Assembly: GCA_963741775.1 (NCBI GenBank)
Contig: CAVUJH010000015.1
Location: 18,742 to 82,741, forward strand
Length of the DNA: 64,000 nt
Direction of reading: 5' to 3'
Source: an uncultured Flavobacteriaceae bacterium
Lineage (GTDB): Bacteria > Bacteroidota > Bacteroidia > Flavobacteriales > Flavobacteriaceae
This document shows, piece after piece, positions 8,885-19,881 of this stretch. Made by a program: the position numbers and the translations under genes. The notes beneath the pieces were generated by a model. That model was not told where the DNA came from and ran no database searches. It worked only from the letters and a program-made list of their open reading frames with translations. Position 1 is the first letter of the stretch. Each line of letters begins with the position of its first letter.

Positions 8885-9656
8885 TCAGGACCTTTTTTCG
8901 GCAGCAGTAAGAGCATTAAGCTTTTTGCTCATATTATATAATTCCTTTTTAAGCAGCTCAATAGCCTCTTCCATAGCCTTGATCTTCCCTTTGGAAGCGA
9001 TCTCGTGGTAAGGAACCAGTACACTGCTTATTTTTCCGCGCACAATAAGCACCTGGATAATGTCAGACTTTTCAAATTTATGCGCCCTGTTGAGCTCCGG
9101 ATTATCGTTCTCAAGAATAAGGTAATTTGGATCGGAATCCAGGCGCAGGCGTTTTACCAGTACCTCCTTTATTAGTCACTAATATCGCTACCGTGCCATC
9201 AAGCACTTTATCCAGTTGCTGATGTGGCTGACAGATAAGCACATCTCCCGGTAAGACTGTAGGCACCATACTTTCTCCCTCACTTCAAAAAGCTTTTCAT
9301 TCCTTAGAGGGATTGAAGCCAGGAATTCGATACCAATCATAATCCTCGTAATGATGTTCTTTACTAAAGTTCTTGACAAAGCCGGCATGAGCATTGGCCC
9401 TAATAAGGGGCACGAAACCATTTTCAGGCGACATTTTTACAAGATTTTTTGCACCTTTCAAAATGAAATCTGTCGGAACATCATAGAGGTTGCTGAGTTT
9501 GATGATATGATCGGCGACAATTCCATTTTGTGAATTTTCAATAAGAGAATAAGCCGATTGTGAAATAAATAGATTTTCGGCAACAAAAGACTGGGAAAAA
9601 TTCTTCTTTTTCCTCAACTCCTTAATCCTCTTTCCTATTTCTTTCCGGGTTTTCAT
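8885..9656 (-). CDS. XRE-family HTH plus S24 peptidase (LexA/CI-like) regulator, interrupted by about 3 single-base indels
   Basis: N-terminal HTH; manual rejoining gives ..LFEVEGESMVP..GD...VLVKRL...LENDNP.. ending with TGA at 8885-8887. Confidence 0.8.
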
Positions 9657-10008
9657 TTTCTGATCTTTCGAAAAATTCGGGGTTCATTATATGAATCTAT
9701 AAACAAAGGTCGTGCATATATTCCGTTCATTTTACAGTTATTATTAGAAATGATAAAAGCCTTCGGTACGCGCTGTCAACACCACAAAGTTCATGTTAAT
9801 TGTTTGCCAATTTATACATAATTCAGTCATTATAACAGTCTCATTACCAATGTTTTTACCAAAAAAACAGGAATAAGTATTTTAAAAGGAGGAATTTTAG
9901 AAAATGCGTACATCAGGAGAAGTAACTTTAATTATTTCTACTGTCCGAAAGAAAGAAGGTTGATTATCAATATTATACAATTTTGAAGTTACTTCAGCGG
10001 GTAAAATA

Positions 10009-10049
10009 TTTTCAGCAAAAAATCACCTTTCCCATTTTTTTGCTGAAAA
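10009..10049. repeat. 14-bp inverted repeat in the divergent intergenic region
   Basis: TTTTCAGCAAAAAA ... TTTTTTGCTGAAAA. Confidence 0.6.
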
Positions 10050-10240
10050 AGCACTGAAGAAATCCGTAGCCGCCCTCAAAAACAGGACCTAAATCTCACC
10101 GGCTGGTACTGCTATGATTAGAAATAATAAATTGGGGGTTTTCCCTATAAAAATTTATTAAAAAAGCGTTAACGAAAATCTAAATACGATCTATAATTCT
10201 CTTTTCCATAACTTTAAGTAAGTACAAAAAGGAGGAAAAT

Positions 10241-10711
10241 ATGAACCAAGACTTACACCCCCGTCAGGAATCTGTTTCCATAAGGCTTTACACCAGCATT
10301 ATCAGACTCCAGTACAGCAACAATCAACTGCTAAGGGTTTATCAAGGCATCTTACAGGAATGACGTACTCCCGAATTTTCTTCTTTTCGTAAAGTATCGG
10401 TGCACAGGATCCGCTTCAGGGAACGCTTTCGTCAGGAACTGTTGCACCTAAAAGATAAGCTTAGCAGAAGCAGTAAAAGTGTGCTGCTTAGGGAAACCTG
10501 TGCCACTGTGGTTCCAGGGCTGTACAGAATTGGCAACATCGTAGAAGAGAGCTTCACGGAGTTTACGCCTGCTGAATGTTTCGAGTACGAACTCAATAAT
10601 CTAAATCAATATTACAAGGCTATCAATATCCCGGAAGCCGACTGGCAAACGCGGAAGCTACTCGAGAAGCATCAGCAAAAGATCGAAGAATATCTAATGG
10701 AACAAATGTAG
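10241..10711 (+). CDS. Hypothetical helical protein, possibly ferritin-like (PA2169/DUF2383-like); interrupted by TGA at 10361
   Basis: ATG at 10241 is in frame with ORF 10400-10711; C-terminal ECFEYE...QYYKAI...TRKLLEKHQ resembles that family. Confidence 0.45.
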
Positions 10712-10747
10712 CCGGCTGTTTCTAAGGGGCAACGAAACAGTTGGTAC

Positions 10748-10820
10748 AAAACTCCGGATCTGTGTGTCCGGAGTTTTTTATAAAACAAAAACTCCCCCGC
10801 CAAAAGCGAGGGAGTTTTTT
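10748..10820. terminator. Two adjacent intrinsic terminators between convergent genes
   Basis: AAAACTCCGGA..TCCGGAGTTTT and AAAAACTCCCCCGC..GCGAGGGAGTTTTT. Confidence 0.8.
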
Positions 10821-10843
10821 CAAATTATCCTGGATACTACTAA

Positions 10844-13111
10844 TTAAGCAGCATTTTCCTTTTTGATAAGGTTAAGAGCCGAACCATGTTTGTACCACTC
10901 GATTTGTGGCAGGTTGTAGGTATGATTGGCTTTTATAGTGTCTTTGCTTCCATCGGCATGCACCACTTCAATAGTAAGTTGCTTGTCTGGAGCAAAATCT
11001 TCAAGGTCGATAAAGTTGAAGATATCGTCTTCCTGAATAAGGTCGTAGTCATTTTCATTGTCGAAAGTGATTCCCAGCATTCCTTGTTTTTTCAGGTTGG
11101 TCTCGTGGATACGGGCGAAAGATTTCACCAATACCACCTTCACTCCCAGGTGACGAGGCTCCATGGCCGCATGCTCACGGGAAGAACCTTCACCATAGTT
11201 ATGATCTCCAACTACTACGGTAGGAATTCCTGCTTTTTTGTACTCTCTTTGTACGGCAGGAACACCATCATATTCGCCAGTCAACTGATTCTTAACGAAA
11301 TTTGTCTTCTTATTATAGGCATTGATTGCACCAATCAAACAGTTATTGGAAATATTGTCCAGGTGTCCACGGTAACGCAACCATGGCCCGGCCATTGAAA
11401 TATGGTCTGTGGTACATTTTCCCCATGCCTTGATTAGCAGTTTTGCTCCCGTCAGGTTTTTACCATCCCAGGGTTCAAAAGGAGTAAGCAGCTGCAAACG
11501 TTCACTGTCTTCAGCAACTTTAACATCCACATCACTTCCGTCTTCTTTAGGAGCTACATAACCTGCATCTTCAACTGCAAAACCTTTGGTTGGCAGTTCA
11601 ATTCCTTTTGGTTCGTCCAGCATTACTTCTTCCCCATCCTCATTGATGAGTTTATCGCGGGTAGGATCAAAATCAAGTCGCCCGGAAATTGCGATCGCGG
11701 CAACCATTTCAGGAGAACCTACAAAAGCGTGGGTGTTTGGATTTCCATCGGCACGTTTGGAGAAGTTTCGGTTGAAAGAGTGAACAATCGTGTTCTTTTC
11801 ATCTCCTTTGCGGTCACTTCGGTCCCACTGGCCAATACAAGGCCCACAGGCATTGGTAAATACAGTAGCATCAAGATCTTCAAAGATCTGAAGCAGGCCA
11901 TCCCTTTCCGCAGTAAAACGAATTTGCTCTGAGCCAGGATTGATTCCAAAATCTGATTTCGCTTTTATTTTTTTGTCAACTGCCTGTTTTGCGATGGAAG
12001 CCGCACGGGTAAGATCTTCATAGGAAGAGTTGGTACAAGACCCGATAAGTCCCCAATCTACATTGATAGGCCAGTCATTTTCCTTGGCTTTTGTTCCCAT
12101 TTCAGAAATAGGAGTAGCAAGATCGGGAGTAAAAGGTCCGTTAAGGTGAGGTCTTAATTCTGAAAGATCAATCTCGATCACTTCATCGAAATACTGCTCA
12201 GGATTTGCATAAACCTCATCGTCACCTGTAAGATGCTCGCGAACTGCATTGGCAGCTTCAGCAACATCAGCGCGGTTAGTGGCCTTCAGGTAACGCTCCA
12301 TAGAATCATCGTAACCAAAAGTAGAAGTGGTTGCACCAACTTCAGCTCCCATATTACAGATGGTTCCTTTCCCGGTACAGGACATAGAGCGGGCACCTTC
12401 GCCAAAATATTCAATAATAGCACCGGTTCCACCTTTTACGGTAAGGATTCCGGCAACTTTTAAGATCACATCTTTAGGAGCGGTCCATCCCGAAAGTTGT
12501 CCGGTAAGTTTTACTCCAATAAGTTTAGGGAATTTCAGTTCCCATGGCATTCCTGCCATCACGTCTACGGCATCGGCACCACCAACTCCAATTGCAACCA
12601 TTCCAAGGCCACCGGCATTCACTGTATGGGAATCGGTACCGATCATCATTCCGCCCGGAAATGCATAATTTTCAAGAACAACCTGGTGGATAATTCCAGC
12701 TCCAGGTTTCCAGAAACCAATTCCGTATTTATTCGATACTGATTCCAGAAAATCGAAAACTTCACTACTGCTCTTATTAGCAGCCTGCAAATCGATAGCT
12801 GCGCCCATTTTTGCCTGGATCAGGTGGTCGCAATGTACCGTGGTGGGCACTGCCACTTGTTTTTTACCTGCCTGCATGAATTGCAGTAGCGCCATTTGCG
12901 CGGTAGCATCCTGGCAGGCAATCCTGTCGGGCGAAAATTCCACATAATCCTTTCCTCTTTCGTAAGCTTCGTTAGCCACTCCATCCCAAAGGTGAGAGTA
13001 AAGGATTTTTTCTGAAAGTGTCAAAGGTTTGCCCACAACTTCACGCGCTTTGTTCACGCGATCTGCCATCTGGCCATAGACCTTTTTGATCATATCAATA
13101 TCGTATGCCAT
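10844..13111 (-). CDS. acnA: Aconitate hydratase (mitochondrial-like type)
   Basis: [39 protein letters not shown]. Confidence 0.96.
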   Translation of the reverse strand: MAYDIDMIKKVYGQMADRVNKAREVVGKPLTLSEKILYSHLWDGVANEAYERGKDYVEFSPDRIACQDATAQMALLQFMQAGKKQVAVPTTVHCDHLIQAKMGAAIDLQAANKSSSEVFDFLESVSNKYGIGFWKPGAGIIHQVVLENYAFPGGMMIGTDSHTVNAGGLGMVAIGVGGADAVDVMAGMPWELKFPKLIGVKLTGQLSGWTAPKDVILKVAGILTVKGGTGAIIEYFGEGARSMSCTGKGTICNMGAEVGATTSTFGYDDSMERYLKATNRADVAEAANAVREHLTGDDEVYANPEQYFDEVIEIDLSELRPHLNGPFTPDLATPISEMGTKAKENDWPINVDWGLIGSCTNSSYEDLTRAASIAKQAVDKKIKAKSDFGINPGSEQIRFTAERDGLLQIFEDLDATVFTNACGPCIGQWDRSDRKGDEKNTIVHSFNRNFSKRADGNPNTHAFVGSPEMVAAIAISGRLDFDPTRDKLINEDGEEVMLDEPKGIELPTKGFAVEDAGYVAPKEDGSDVDVKVAEDSERLQLLTPFEPWDGKNLTGAKLLIKAWGKCTTDHISMAGPWLRYRGHLDNISNNCLIGAINAYNKKTNFVKNQLTGEYDGVPAVQREYKKAGIPTVVVGDHNYGEGSSREHAAMEPRHLGVKVVLVKSFARIHETNLKKQGMLGITFDNENDYDLIQEDDIFNFIDLEDFAPDKQLTIEVVHADGSKDTIKANHTYNLPQIEWYKHGSALNLIKKENAA

Positions 13112-13458
13112 AGTCGTATAGATTTTTGTTCTAAGAGTCCTGCAAAATTAGGGATTTTCGCTGAATTTGGAAAATTATAAGCGAAATTCAAAAAATCATG
13201 GAAATAAAATAGCAATTCGCAATATTCACCTTCAAAAATACAAGCAAAACAAAAATTAAGTTGTTTTTTTACGAATTTGACAAAATGAATTGCTCTTAAT
13301 GAGAAATTGTGAATTTGAACATCTTCCGTATGTTCATTTTCTTCGAAGCAAAGGAAAGAAAGAGATCAATTTCTTCAGAAATGAAGAAAAAGCGAGAGAG
13401 ATTTTCAGCAAAAAAAAGAGAAGGAGATGTTTTACTTCGGAAGCTAAAAAAGAAAAAC

Positions 13459-14412
13459 CTAAAAAAGTTCGGTGATGATCTTTTCTTCTGAAATCCCTTC
13501 GGCCTCAGCTTTGTAGTTTTTTATAACCCGGTGTCGCAGGATACCGATGGCTACCGCCTGAACATCTTCAATATCGGGAGAAAATTTTCCATTCACTGCG
13601 GCATTAGATTTGGCAGCAAGGACAAGGTTCTGGGAGGCACGGGGACCTGCACCCCAATCAACGTAATTCTTAACAAGTTCTGGTGCTTTTGGCGAATTCG
13701 GGCGGGTTTTCCCCACCAGGTTCACAGCATATTCTATTACATTGTCGGCAACGGGAATACGACGGATGACATGCTGGATGTCAATGATCTCCTGCGCATT
13801 AAAAAGCGGCTCGATCTCTGCCTGTTCATCTGAAGTGGTAGATTTCACCACATTCACTTCCTCTTCAAAACTGGGATATTCGAGGTTTATAGCAAACATA
13901 AAGCGGTCGAGTTGAGCCTCAGGCAGCGGATAGGTTCCCTCCTGTTCTATCGGATTCTGCGTAGCAAGTACGAAATAGGGCAAATCAAGCCGGTAATGAT
14001 GGCCCGCCACGGTCACTGCACGTTCCTGCATAGCCTCGAGTAAGGCGGCCTGGGTTTTGGGTGGTGTTCGGTTAATCTCATCTGCCAACACAATATTGGC
14101 GAAAATTGGCCCTTTAATGAATTTAAACTGACGTTTTTCGTCGAGGATCTCAGCTCCCAGAATATCGCTGGGCATTAGATCGGGAGTAAACTGAATGCGT
14201 TTAAAATCCAGACCCAAAGCTTTGGCGATCGTATTCACCATAAGCGTTTTGGCAAGGCCTGGCACCCCTATAAGCAAAGAATGCCCCCCGCTGAAAACGG
14301 AGAGCAAAATTTGATCTATGACTTTTTCCTGCCCGACGATCACCTTAGCAATCTCCTTCCTCAACTGCCGGTGCCTACCGACAAGATTTTCTATAAGAGC
14401 AACGTCAGACAT
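13459..14412 (-). CDS. MoxR-family AAA+ ATPase
   Basis: GVPGLAKT, RIQFTPDLMPSD, DEINR, ATQNPIEQEGTYPLPEAQLDRF. Confidence 0.95.
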   Translation of the reverse strand: MSDVALIENLVGRHRQLRKEIAKVIVGQEKVIDQILLSVFSGGHSLLIGVPGLAKTLMVNTIAKALGLDFKRIQFTPDLMPSDILGAEILDEKRQFKFIKGPIFANIVLADEINRTPPKTQAALLEAMQERAVTVAGHHYRLDLPYFVLATQNPIEQEGTYPLPEAQLDRFMFAINLEYPSFEEEVNVVKSTTSDEQAEIEPLFNAQEIIDIQHVIRRIPVADNVIEYAVNLVGKTRPNSPKAPELVKNYVDWGAGPRASQNLVLAAKSNAAVNGKFSPDIEDVQAVAIGILRHRVIKNYKAEAEGISEEKIITELF

Positions 14413-14421
14413 TCAATATTT

Positions 14422-15876
14422 TTATTTTTTCAACCAGTTACTGGCATAGTTACAGTCGCGGTATTTCCCGTTAACTTTAATGTAAGTTTCCCCGATCTTT
14501 TCCTTCTGCCATTTCTTAATAGCTTCCAACTGCTTATCCCTTAGCGCCAGCTCCTTGATCTTTAGATAATCTGTGGTGTAACTGGCTTTATGTTCAGGAA
14601 TCCTCTTGGTAACTTTAATCAGTTTATAAACGGGGCGACCGGTGCGGTCTTTCTCAGTGAGAGGTTGTGAAATCTCCCCTTCCTTAAGGCTCCCGACCTG
14701 AGCATACAATTTAGGGTCTATTTTTGAAAGTTCAAAACGGGTATCTCCGGTTGTAGGATTTACCAATCTCCCACCATCATTACTGGTCTCTTCTTCATCA
14801 GAGAATTCTCTTGCAGCATCTGCAAAATCAAGTACTCCTTCTTCCACTTTCTTACGGATGCTATCCACTTTAGCCTTGGCTTCTTCAACGGTAGCATTGG
14901 TAACATCGGGAATTAACAGAATATGACGCAAATCTACCTTCTGTCCTCTTATCTTATCGATCTGGATAATGTGATATCCAAATTCAGTTTCAAAAGGATC
15001 GCTCACCTCTCCTTCCTGAAGACTAAAAGCGACATCTTTAAATTCCTTTACGAAGTTGTCTTTTCTTCCCAGGGTGATCTTTCCGCCGTTTGAAGCAGAA
15101 CCCGGATCCTGTGAGTAAAGCACCGCTTTTGTTCCGAAGCTCGCGCCATTATCTTCAACATCGGCTTTGAATTCTTTCAGCCTCTCAATTACTTTATCTT
15201 TTTCGCTCTGCGGAATTCTTGGTTTGACAACGATCTGTGCCAGTTCCACCTCATCCCCGAAGATCGGCAGGGAATCCTTGGGAATGCTTGCAAAATAATC
15301 CCGAACTTCTTCAGGAGTCACCTCTACATCTTCAATGATCTTTTGTTGCATTCTGCTGGCAAGCTGTCTTTGCTTATTGATCTCAAAAAGCTCTGAACGA
15401 AATTCAGCTTCACTGTCCTTATTGTAAAATTCCAGTACTTTTTCAATAGAACCTACCTGCTGCACCATTCCGGAGATCTGCTGGTCGATATAGTTGTTGA
15501 TCTCGGCATCGGTCACCACGATACTATCCTGGATCGCCTGGTGGGCGTAGAGTTTATTCTCCATCAGCGAACCAATCAGGTTGCAGTCGGTAACATCAGC
15601 CGTAGACATTCCCTGGCTCTGCATGTCTTTATACATGAGGTCCACATCGCTGTCCAGGATAATATAATCTCCCACCACAGCTGCAATTCCATCTACTTTC
15701 CGGCGGCTATGTTTATCCTGTGTTTTCGTCTTCTGAGCCATTTCCTGTTGAGGCTGAATGGAAGTACTGTCGGTCACGATCACCTCCTGGGCAAAAGCCC
15801 CGGCAGAAAATGCGAAAGCCATCAGCAAAAGGACGGGTTTAGTTATAAATCTCAAATTGTTTGTTTTTAATTGCAT
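14422..15876 (-). CDS. surA: SurA-like periplasmic chaperone/PPIase
   Basis: VDGIAAVVG N-domain; two parvulin domains (SQDPGS, ETEFGYHII). Confidence 0.88.
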   Translation of the reverse strand: MQLKTNNLRFITKPVLLLMAFAFSAGAFAQEVIVTDSTSIQPQQEMAQKTKTQDKHSRRKVDGIAAVVGDYIILDSDVDLMYKDMQSQGMSTADVTDCNLIGSLMENKLYAHQAIQDSIVVTDAEINNYIDQQISGMVQQVGSIEKVLEFYNKDSEAEFRSELFEINKQRQLASRMQQKIIEDVEVTPEEVRDYFASIPKDSLPIFGDEVELAQIVVKPRIPQSEKDKVIERLKEFKADVEDNGASFGTKAVLYSQDPGSASNGGKITLGRKDNFVKEFKDVAFSLQEGEVSDPFETEFGYHIIQIDKIRGQKVDLRHILLIPDVTNATVEEAKAKVDSIRKKVEEGVLDFADAAREFSDEEETSNDGGRLVNPTTGDTRFELSKIDPKLYAQVGSLKEGEISQPLTEKDRTGRPVYKLIKVTKRIPEHKASYTTDYLKIKELALRDKQLEAIKKWQKEKIGETYIKVNGKYRDCNYASNWLKK

Positions 15877-16705
15877 CTTTAGTAATATCTTTTTCTAATT
15901 CTTTGACCAAATTCAGTTTGCGCTTGTTCAGGAGGATCTGCTCAATTGACGGCGCAGCGTACTCCAGAGGCGCCTGCTCATTGCGTGTCAAATAGTCTTT
16001 TACGTAGACCAAATATACTCCTAATGAGTCTTCAAGCTGCATAAAGTTAGATTTATTTAGCAGCTTGTCTCTATTCTCCACAGAAAGCGGACCAATTTTC
16101 TCATAAACAGCCTTGCTTCGTACCCAAACCGAATCATTAAGGGAAAAATGCCTGAATTGCAGCGAACTCTTTTCCAGCTCCGCCTGATCTTCCTCGTCAA
16201 AACGTATTAATTCCCGTTTAATTTTATCGAAATTGGTGTTATTCTCATCCAATTTTATGTACCTCAATTTCACCAGGTCCTCACTCAGCTTGAAATTCTC
16301 TTTATTTTTCTCGTAATATTCAGAAATTTCTTCCGGGCTAAAAGAAGTATCGATCTCCCTGGAAACCACGGCATCTGTATAAGCATTGGTGTAGAGCTCA
16401 TTGCGATAATTTTCAACCAGCTCGTTAAATTCCTTTTGCTGCTTTTCAGGAAGGTTGATTTTTGCACGGTCTATTAGCAGCTTCTGGGTTGCCCAGCGAG
16501 TGATATAGTTCGAAACTATAAGGGCACTATCTTCCGCGGAGGTATTAGAGTTGATCAAAGCATTGATATCCTCTTTATACAAATAGGAATCGTTCACACG
16601 CACCACCACTTTGGGTTCCTCTCCCTTCTTAAAGTATTCACAACCAGAAACCGAGATGCCCAGGCAGAAAAGAAGGATTCCGTAAAACTTTGTTTTCAAC
16701 TTCAT
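15839..16705 (-). CDS. Parvulin-like foldase lipoprotein
   Basis: Lipobox VSGC, VVRVNDSYLY, EISEYYEKNKENF; next to surA. Confidence 0.7.
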   Translation of the reverse strand: MKLKTKFYGILLFCLGISVSGCEYFKKGEEPKVVVRVNDSYLYKEDINALINSNTSAEDSALIVSNYITRWATQKLLIDRAKINLPEKQQKEFNELVENYRNELYTNAYTDAVVSREIDTSFSPEEISEYYEKNKENFKLSEDLVKLRYIKLDENNTNFDKIKRELIRFDEEDQAELEKSSLQFRHFSLNDSVWVRSKAVYEKIGPLSVENRDKLLNKSNFMQLEDSLGVYLVYVKDYLTRNEQAPLEYAAPSIEQILLNKRKLNLVKELEKDITKDAIKNKQFEIYN

Positions 16706-16969
16706 GTAATAAACGAGGCTTACAATTTATATACCAATTATAAATCGCTGTACACAGGCCTTGCACGCAGGCAAAAATAAGAATTCCATCAGGTTATGCA
16801 AGACAGAGGAGGGCTGTTTCTTTAAGGCCGAAGGAATTATTTCCACTTTAATTATTTCTGAAGTATCTTTAGATACCGAACTCTATCTTCTAAAGACCGA
16901 AAATGTTTAAAACAGGAAGAGCGCGTGAAAAGGGCTTTTTCCTGTACTAATCTATTAAAGCTTGAGAAC

Positions 16970-17416
16970 ATGAAGTATTCCACAGAAATTGAGATCAAGG
17001 CGCCCCGCGAGGAAGTAGTACAGAAACTTCAGGATCCCGAAAACCTGAAGTACTGGCAGCGCGGACTGATTTCCTATGAAAACATTAGCGGCACCCCTGG
17101 CGAGGAAGGTTCAAAAAGTTACGCCAAATACCAAATGGGAAAACGGGAGATCGACATGACCGGCAAGATCACCCGTAACAACCTTCCGCAGGAATTGCAT
17201 TACACCTTTGATGCTGATAAGGTGCACAACATCCAGGAAAACTTTTTTACTGAAACTCCAGACGGGCACACGCGCTGGTTGTCTAACAACGAATTCAGGT
17301 TTAGCGGTTTCATGAAATTGGTCGGTTTTTTCATGCCCGGTTCCTTCAGAAAACAGACGCTCAGATACATGGAAGATTTCAAAAATTTTGCTGAGAATGA
17401 CACCCGTGTAGCGTAG
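16970..17416 (+). CDS. SRPBCC/START-fold protein
   Basis: EIEIKAPREEV...DPENLKYW...FKNFAE. Confidence 0.8.
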   Translation: MKYSTEIEIKAPREEVVQKLQDPENLKYWQRGLISYENISGTPGEEGSKSYAKYQMGKREIDMTGKITRNNLPQELHYTFDADKVHNIQENFFTETPDGHTRWLSNNEFRFSGFMKLVGFFMPGSFRKQTLRYMEDFKNFAENDTRVA

Positions 17417-17489
17417 TTCCAACCAACTTTTCTATTAAAAGCTGTGTTTAGTGGTTTTGCGCTATTATATTTGCCAAAAAATAACTAAA

Positions 17490-18044
17490 ATGAAAAAAAT
17501 AAGCTTATTGCTTTGCATGCTATGCTTCTCGTTAATGGCAACTGCACAAACCAAAGTAGGAACCATTGATGCCGATTATATCATTTCGCAAATGCCCGAG
17601 GCAGCCGACGTAAATCAAGGCCTTAAGGAATACAATACCCAACTGCAAAACGAAATGGATCAAACGATCAAGAAGTATGACAGTATCGTGAAAAACTATC
17701 AGGCCGTGAGCGCCGACCTGAATGATGAAGGGAAGAAACAGGAACAAAGCAAGATCATCGGCCTCGAGAATGACATCAAAAGCTTCAGACAAAAAGCTTC
17801 TGTAATGATGCAAATGAAAAGGAATGAACTTTCCCAGCCATTGTACCAGAAGATAGATAAGGTGATGCGTGAGGTGATTGCGGAAGAAGGTTACACCCAG
17901 ATCCTGCATGCCGGAGGCAACAGTCTTGCCTACGCCGACGAGCGTTTTGACATTACCGAAAAAGTGATGAAAAAAATGGGAATTAAAATCGACACTACTG
18001 CAGAGCCTACAACTCAAACGGTGAATCCTAATTCTTCCAATTAA
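17490..18044 (+). CDS. OmpH/Skp outer-membrane chaperone
   Basis: Signal peptide, KVGTIDAD.I...MPE, coiled coil, DITEKV. Confidence 0.88.
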   Translation: MKKISLLLCMLCFSLMATAQTKVGTIDADYIISQMPEAADVNQGLKEYNTQLQNEMDQTIKKYDSIVKNYQAVSADLNDEGKKQEQSKIIGLENDIKSFRQKASVMMQMKRNELSQPLYQKIDKVMREVIAEEGYTQILHAGGNSLAYADERFDITEKVMKKMGIKIDTTAEPTTQTVNPNSSN

Positions 18045-18063
18045 GACACGGATATTTCAGGAA

Positions 18064-18200
18064 TAAAAAGAGGCTGTAAAAAAGTCCTGTTTACGTCAAC
18101 CTGAACTGGTTTCAGGTTCTACACGTTCTGAATACAGAACATCAAGATTCTGAAATAAATTCAGAATGACGTCTACTACTTTTTAACAGCCTCTTTTTTA
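18064..18200. repeat. CGTC-REP doublet inside GAGGCTGT..AAAAAGT outer inverted repeats (MITE/REPIN-like; also a bidirectional terminator)
   Basis: Outer arms 18064-18085 and 18178-18200; REPs at 18094-18120 and 18145-18171 in inverted orientation. Confidence 0.8.
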
Positions 18201-18215
18201 TGCTTTCAATTCCGC

Positions 18216-19691
18216 CTATGACCGGCTGTAATTGGGAGATTCATTAGTGATCGTTACATCATGCGGGTGACTTTCATGAATTCCCGACGCTGTTATTTTT
18301 ATGAATTTAGCATTCTCCTTAAGCGCATCAATATTGGGAGCACCGCAGTAGCCCATTCCAGCTTTCAGGCCGCCTACAAACTGATGAATACTTTCCTCAA
18401 GCTCTCCCTTGTAAGGTACACGTCCCACGATTCCTTCAGGAACCAATTTCCTGATATCGTCTTCCACATCCTGGAAATACCGGTCTTTAGAACCTTTTTG
18501 CATGGCTTCCACAGATCCCATTCCGCGGTAAGACTTGAATTTTCTTCCTTCGTAAATAATAGTTTCCCCGGGAGATTCTTTGGTTCCCGCCAGTAATGAC
18601 CCAAGCATTACACAATCGGCTCCTGCCGCAATAGCCTTCGGAATATCTCCGGTATAGCGAATACCACCATCGGCAATTACCGGCACGCCTGTTCCTTTGA
18701 TAGCCTCAGCCACTTCCATCACTGCTGAAAGCTGAGGAAAACCAACTCCTGCTACTACCCTGGTAGTACAAATAGAGCCGGGACCAATCCCCACCTTCAC
18801 CGCATCGGCACCAGCCTCTACAAGATATTTCGCAGCTTCAGCCGTCGCTATATTTCCCACTACCACTTCCAGGGAAGGGAATTTTTTCTTCATATCCTTC
18901 AGTACGGTCACCACTCCTTTCGTATGGCCATGGGCTGTATCAATAATTACCGCATCTACGCCGGCATTCACCAGAGCTTCTGCCCTGTCTACAGCATCAG
19001 CGGTAACGCCCACAGCTGCCGCAACGCGAAGTCTTCCGTAGCTATCCTTATTGGCATTGGGCTTTTGAGTAAGCTTGGTAATATCCCTGAAGGTAATTAG
19101 CCCTACCAGTTTATCATTCTTGTTGACCACCGGCAGTTTCTCGATCTTATTCTCCTGAAGGATTTCCTCTGCATCATGCAGGGAAGTTCCTTCGGCAACA
19201 GTGACGAGGTTTTCTGAAGTCATCACTTCTGTGATTGGACGTTCGTTATTTTTTTCGAATCTCAGGTCGCGGTTTGTAACGATCCCAATAAGTTTTCCAT
19301 CTTTATCTACCACCGGAATTCCACCAATGCTATGCTCCCGCATCTGGGCTTTGGCATCTTTTACTCTCGCCGAAACAGGCAAAGTAACCGGATCTATGAT
19401 CATCCCGCTTTCAGCTCTTTTCACCTTGCGCACCTTAAGTGCCTGCTGCTCAATGCTCATATTCTTATGCAATACCCCTATCCCTCCTTCGCGGGCCATG
19501 GCAATAGCCATACGGGATTCGGTCACGGTGTCCATAGCTGCGGAAACTATAGGAACATTAATACCGATATTTTTAGTGAATTTTGAGCGAATGTCAACTT
19601 TACGGGGGAGTACTTCGGAATAGGCAGGAACTAAAAGTACGTCATCGTAAGTAAGCCCTTCTCCTAAGATTTTGGAATTATGTGTGGTCAT
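18216..19691 (-). CDS. guaB: IMP dehydrogenase
   Basis: [11 protein letters not shown] pair, [17 protein letters not shown]. Confidence 0.97.
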   Translation of the reverse strand: MTTHNSKILGEGLTYDDVLLVPAYSEVLPRKVDIRSKFTKNIGINVPIVSAAMDTVTESRMAIAMAREGGIGVLHKNMSIEQQALKVRKVKRAESGMIIDPVTLPVSARVKDAKAQMREHSIGGIPVVDKDGKLIGIVTNRDLRFEKNNERPITEVMTSENLVTVAEGTSLHDAEEILQENKIEKLPVVNKNDKLVGLITFRDITKLTQKPNANKDSYGRLRVAAAVGVTADAVDRAEALVNAGVDAVIIDTAHGHTKGVVTVLKDMKKKFPSLEVVVGNIATAEAAKYLVEAGADAVKVGIGPGSICTTRVVAGVGFPQLSAVMEVAEAIKGTGVPVIADGGIRYTGDIPKAIAAGADCVMLGSLLAGTKESPGETIIYEGRKFKSYRGMGSVEAMQKGSKDRYFQDVEDDIRKLVPEGIVGRVPYKGELEESIHQFVGGLKAGMGYCGAPNIDALKENAKFIKITASGIHESHPHDVTITNESPNYSRS

Positions 19692-19881
19692 AGCAATTAA
19701 GGATTTAATTGCGTGCAAATGTAAGGCTAAAAACTGAGAAGAAAGGGTTTAGACTATTTTAACTCATTGTTATTAAAAACCTGTGCTTTTATCTTCAGAA
19801 AAATCCGGAAGAAATTCTTCCCCTACTCCCTTCTAAAATGAACCATTTTCCTGTATGTTTCTTTCTGAATTTCTTTTCCGC

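Noticed and set aside
10361-10363. Selenocysteine or readthrough TGA
   Set aside because: No redox motif or evident SECIS, and it lies in an indel-rich segment.
13290-13491. Two Lys/Arg-rich small ORFs
   Set aside because: They are by-products of an A/G-skewed intergenic stretch, with weak starts and no recognisable family.
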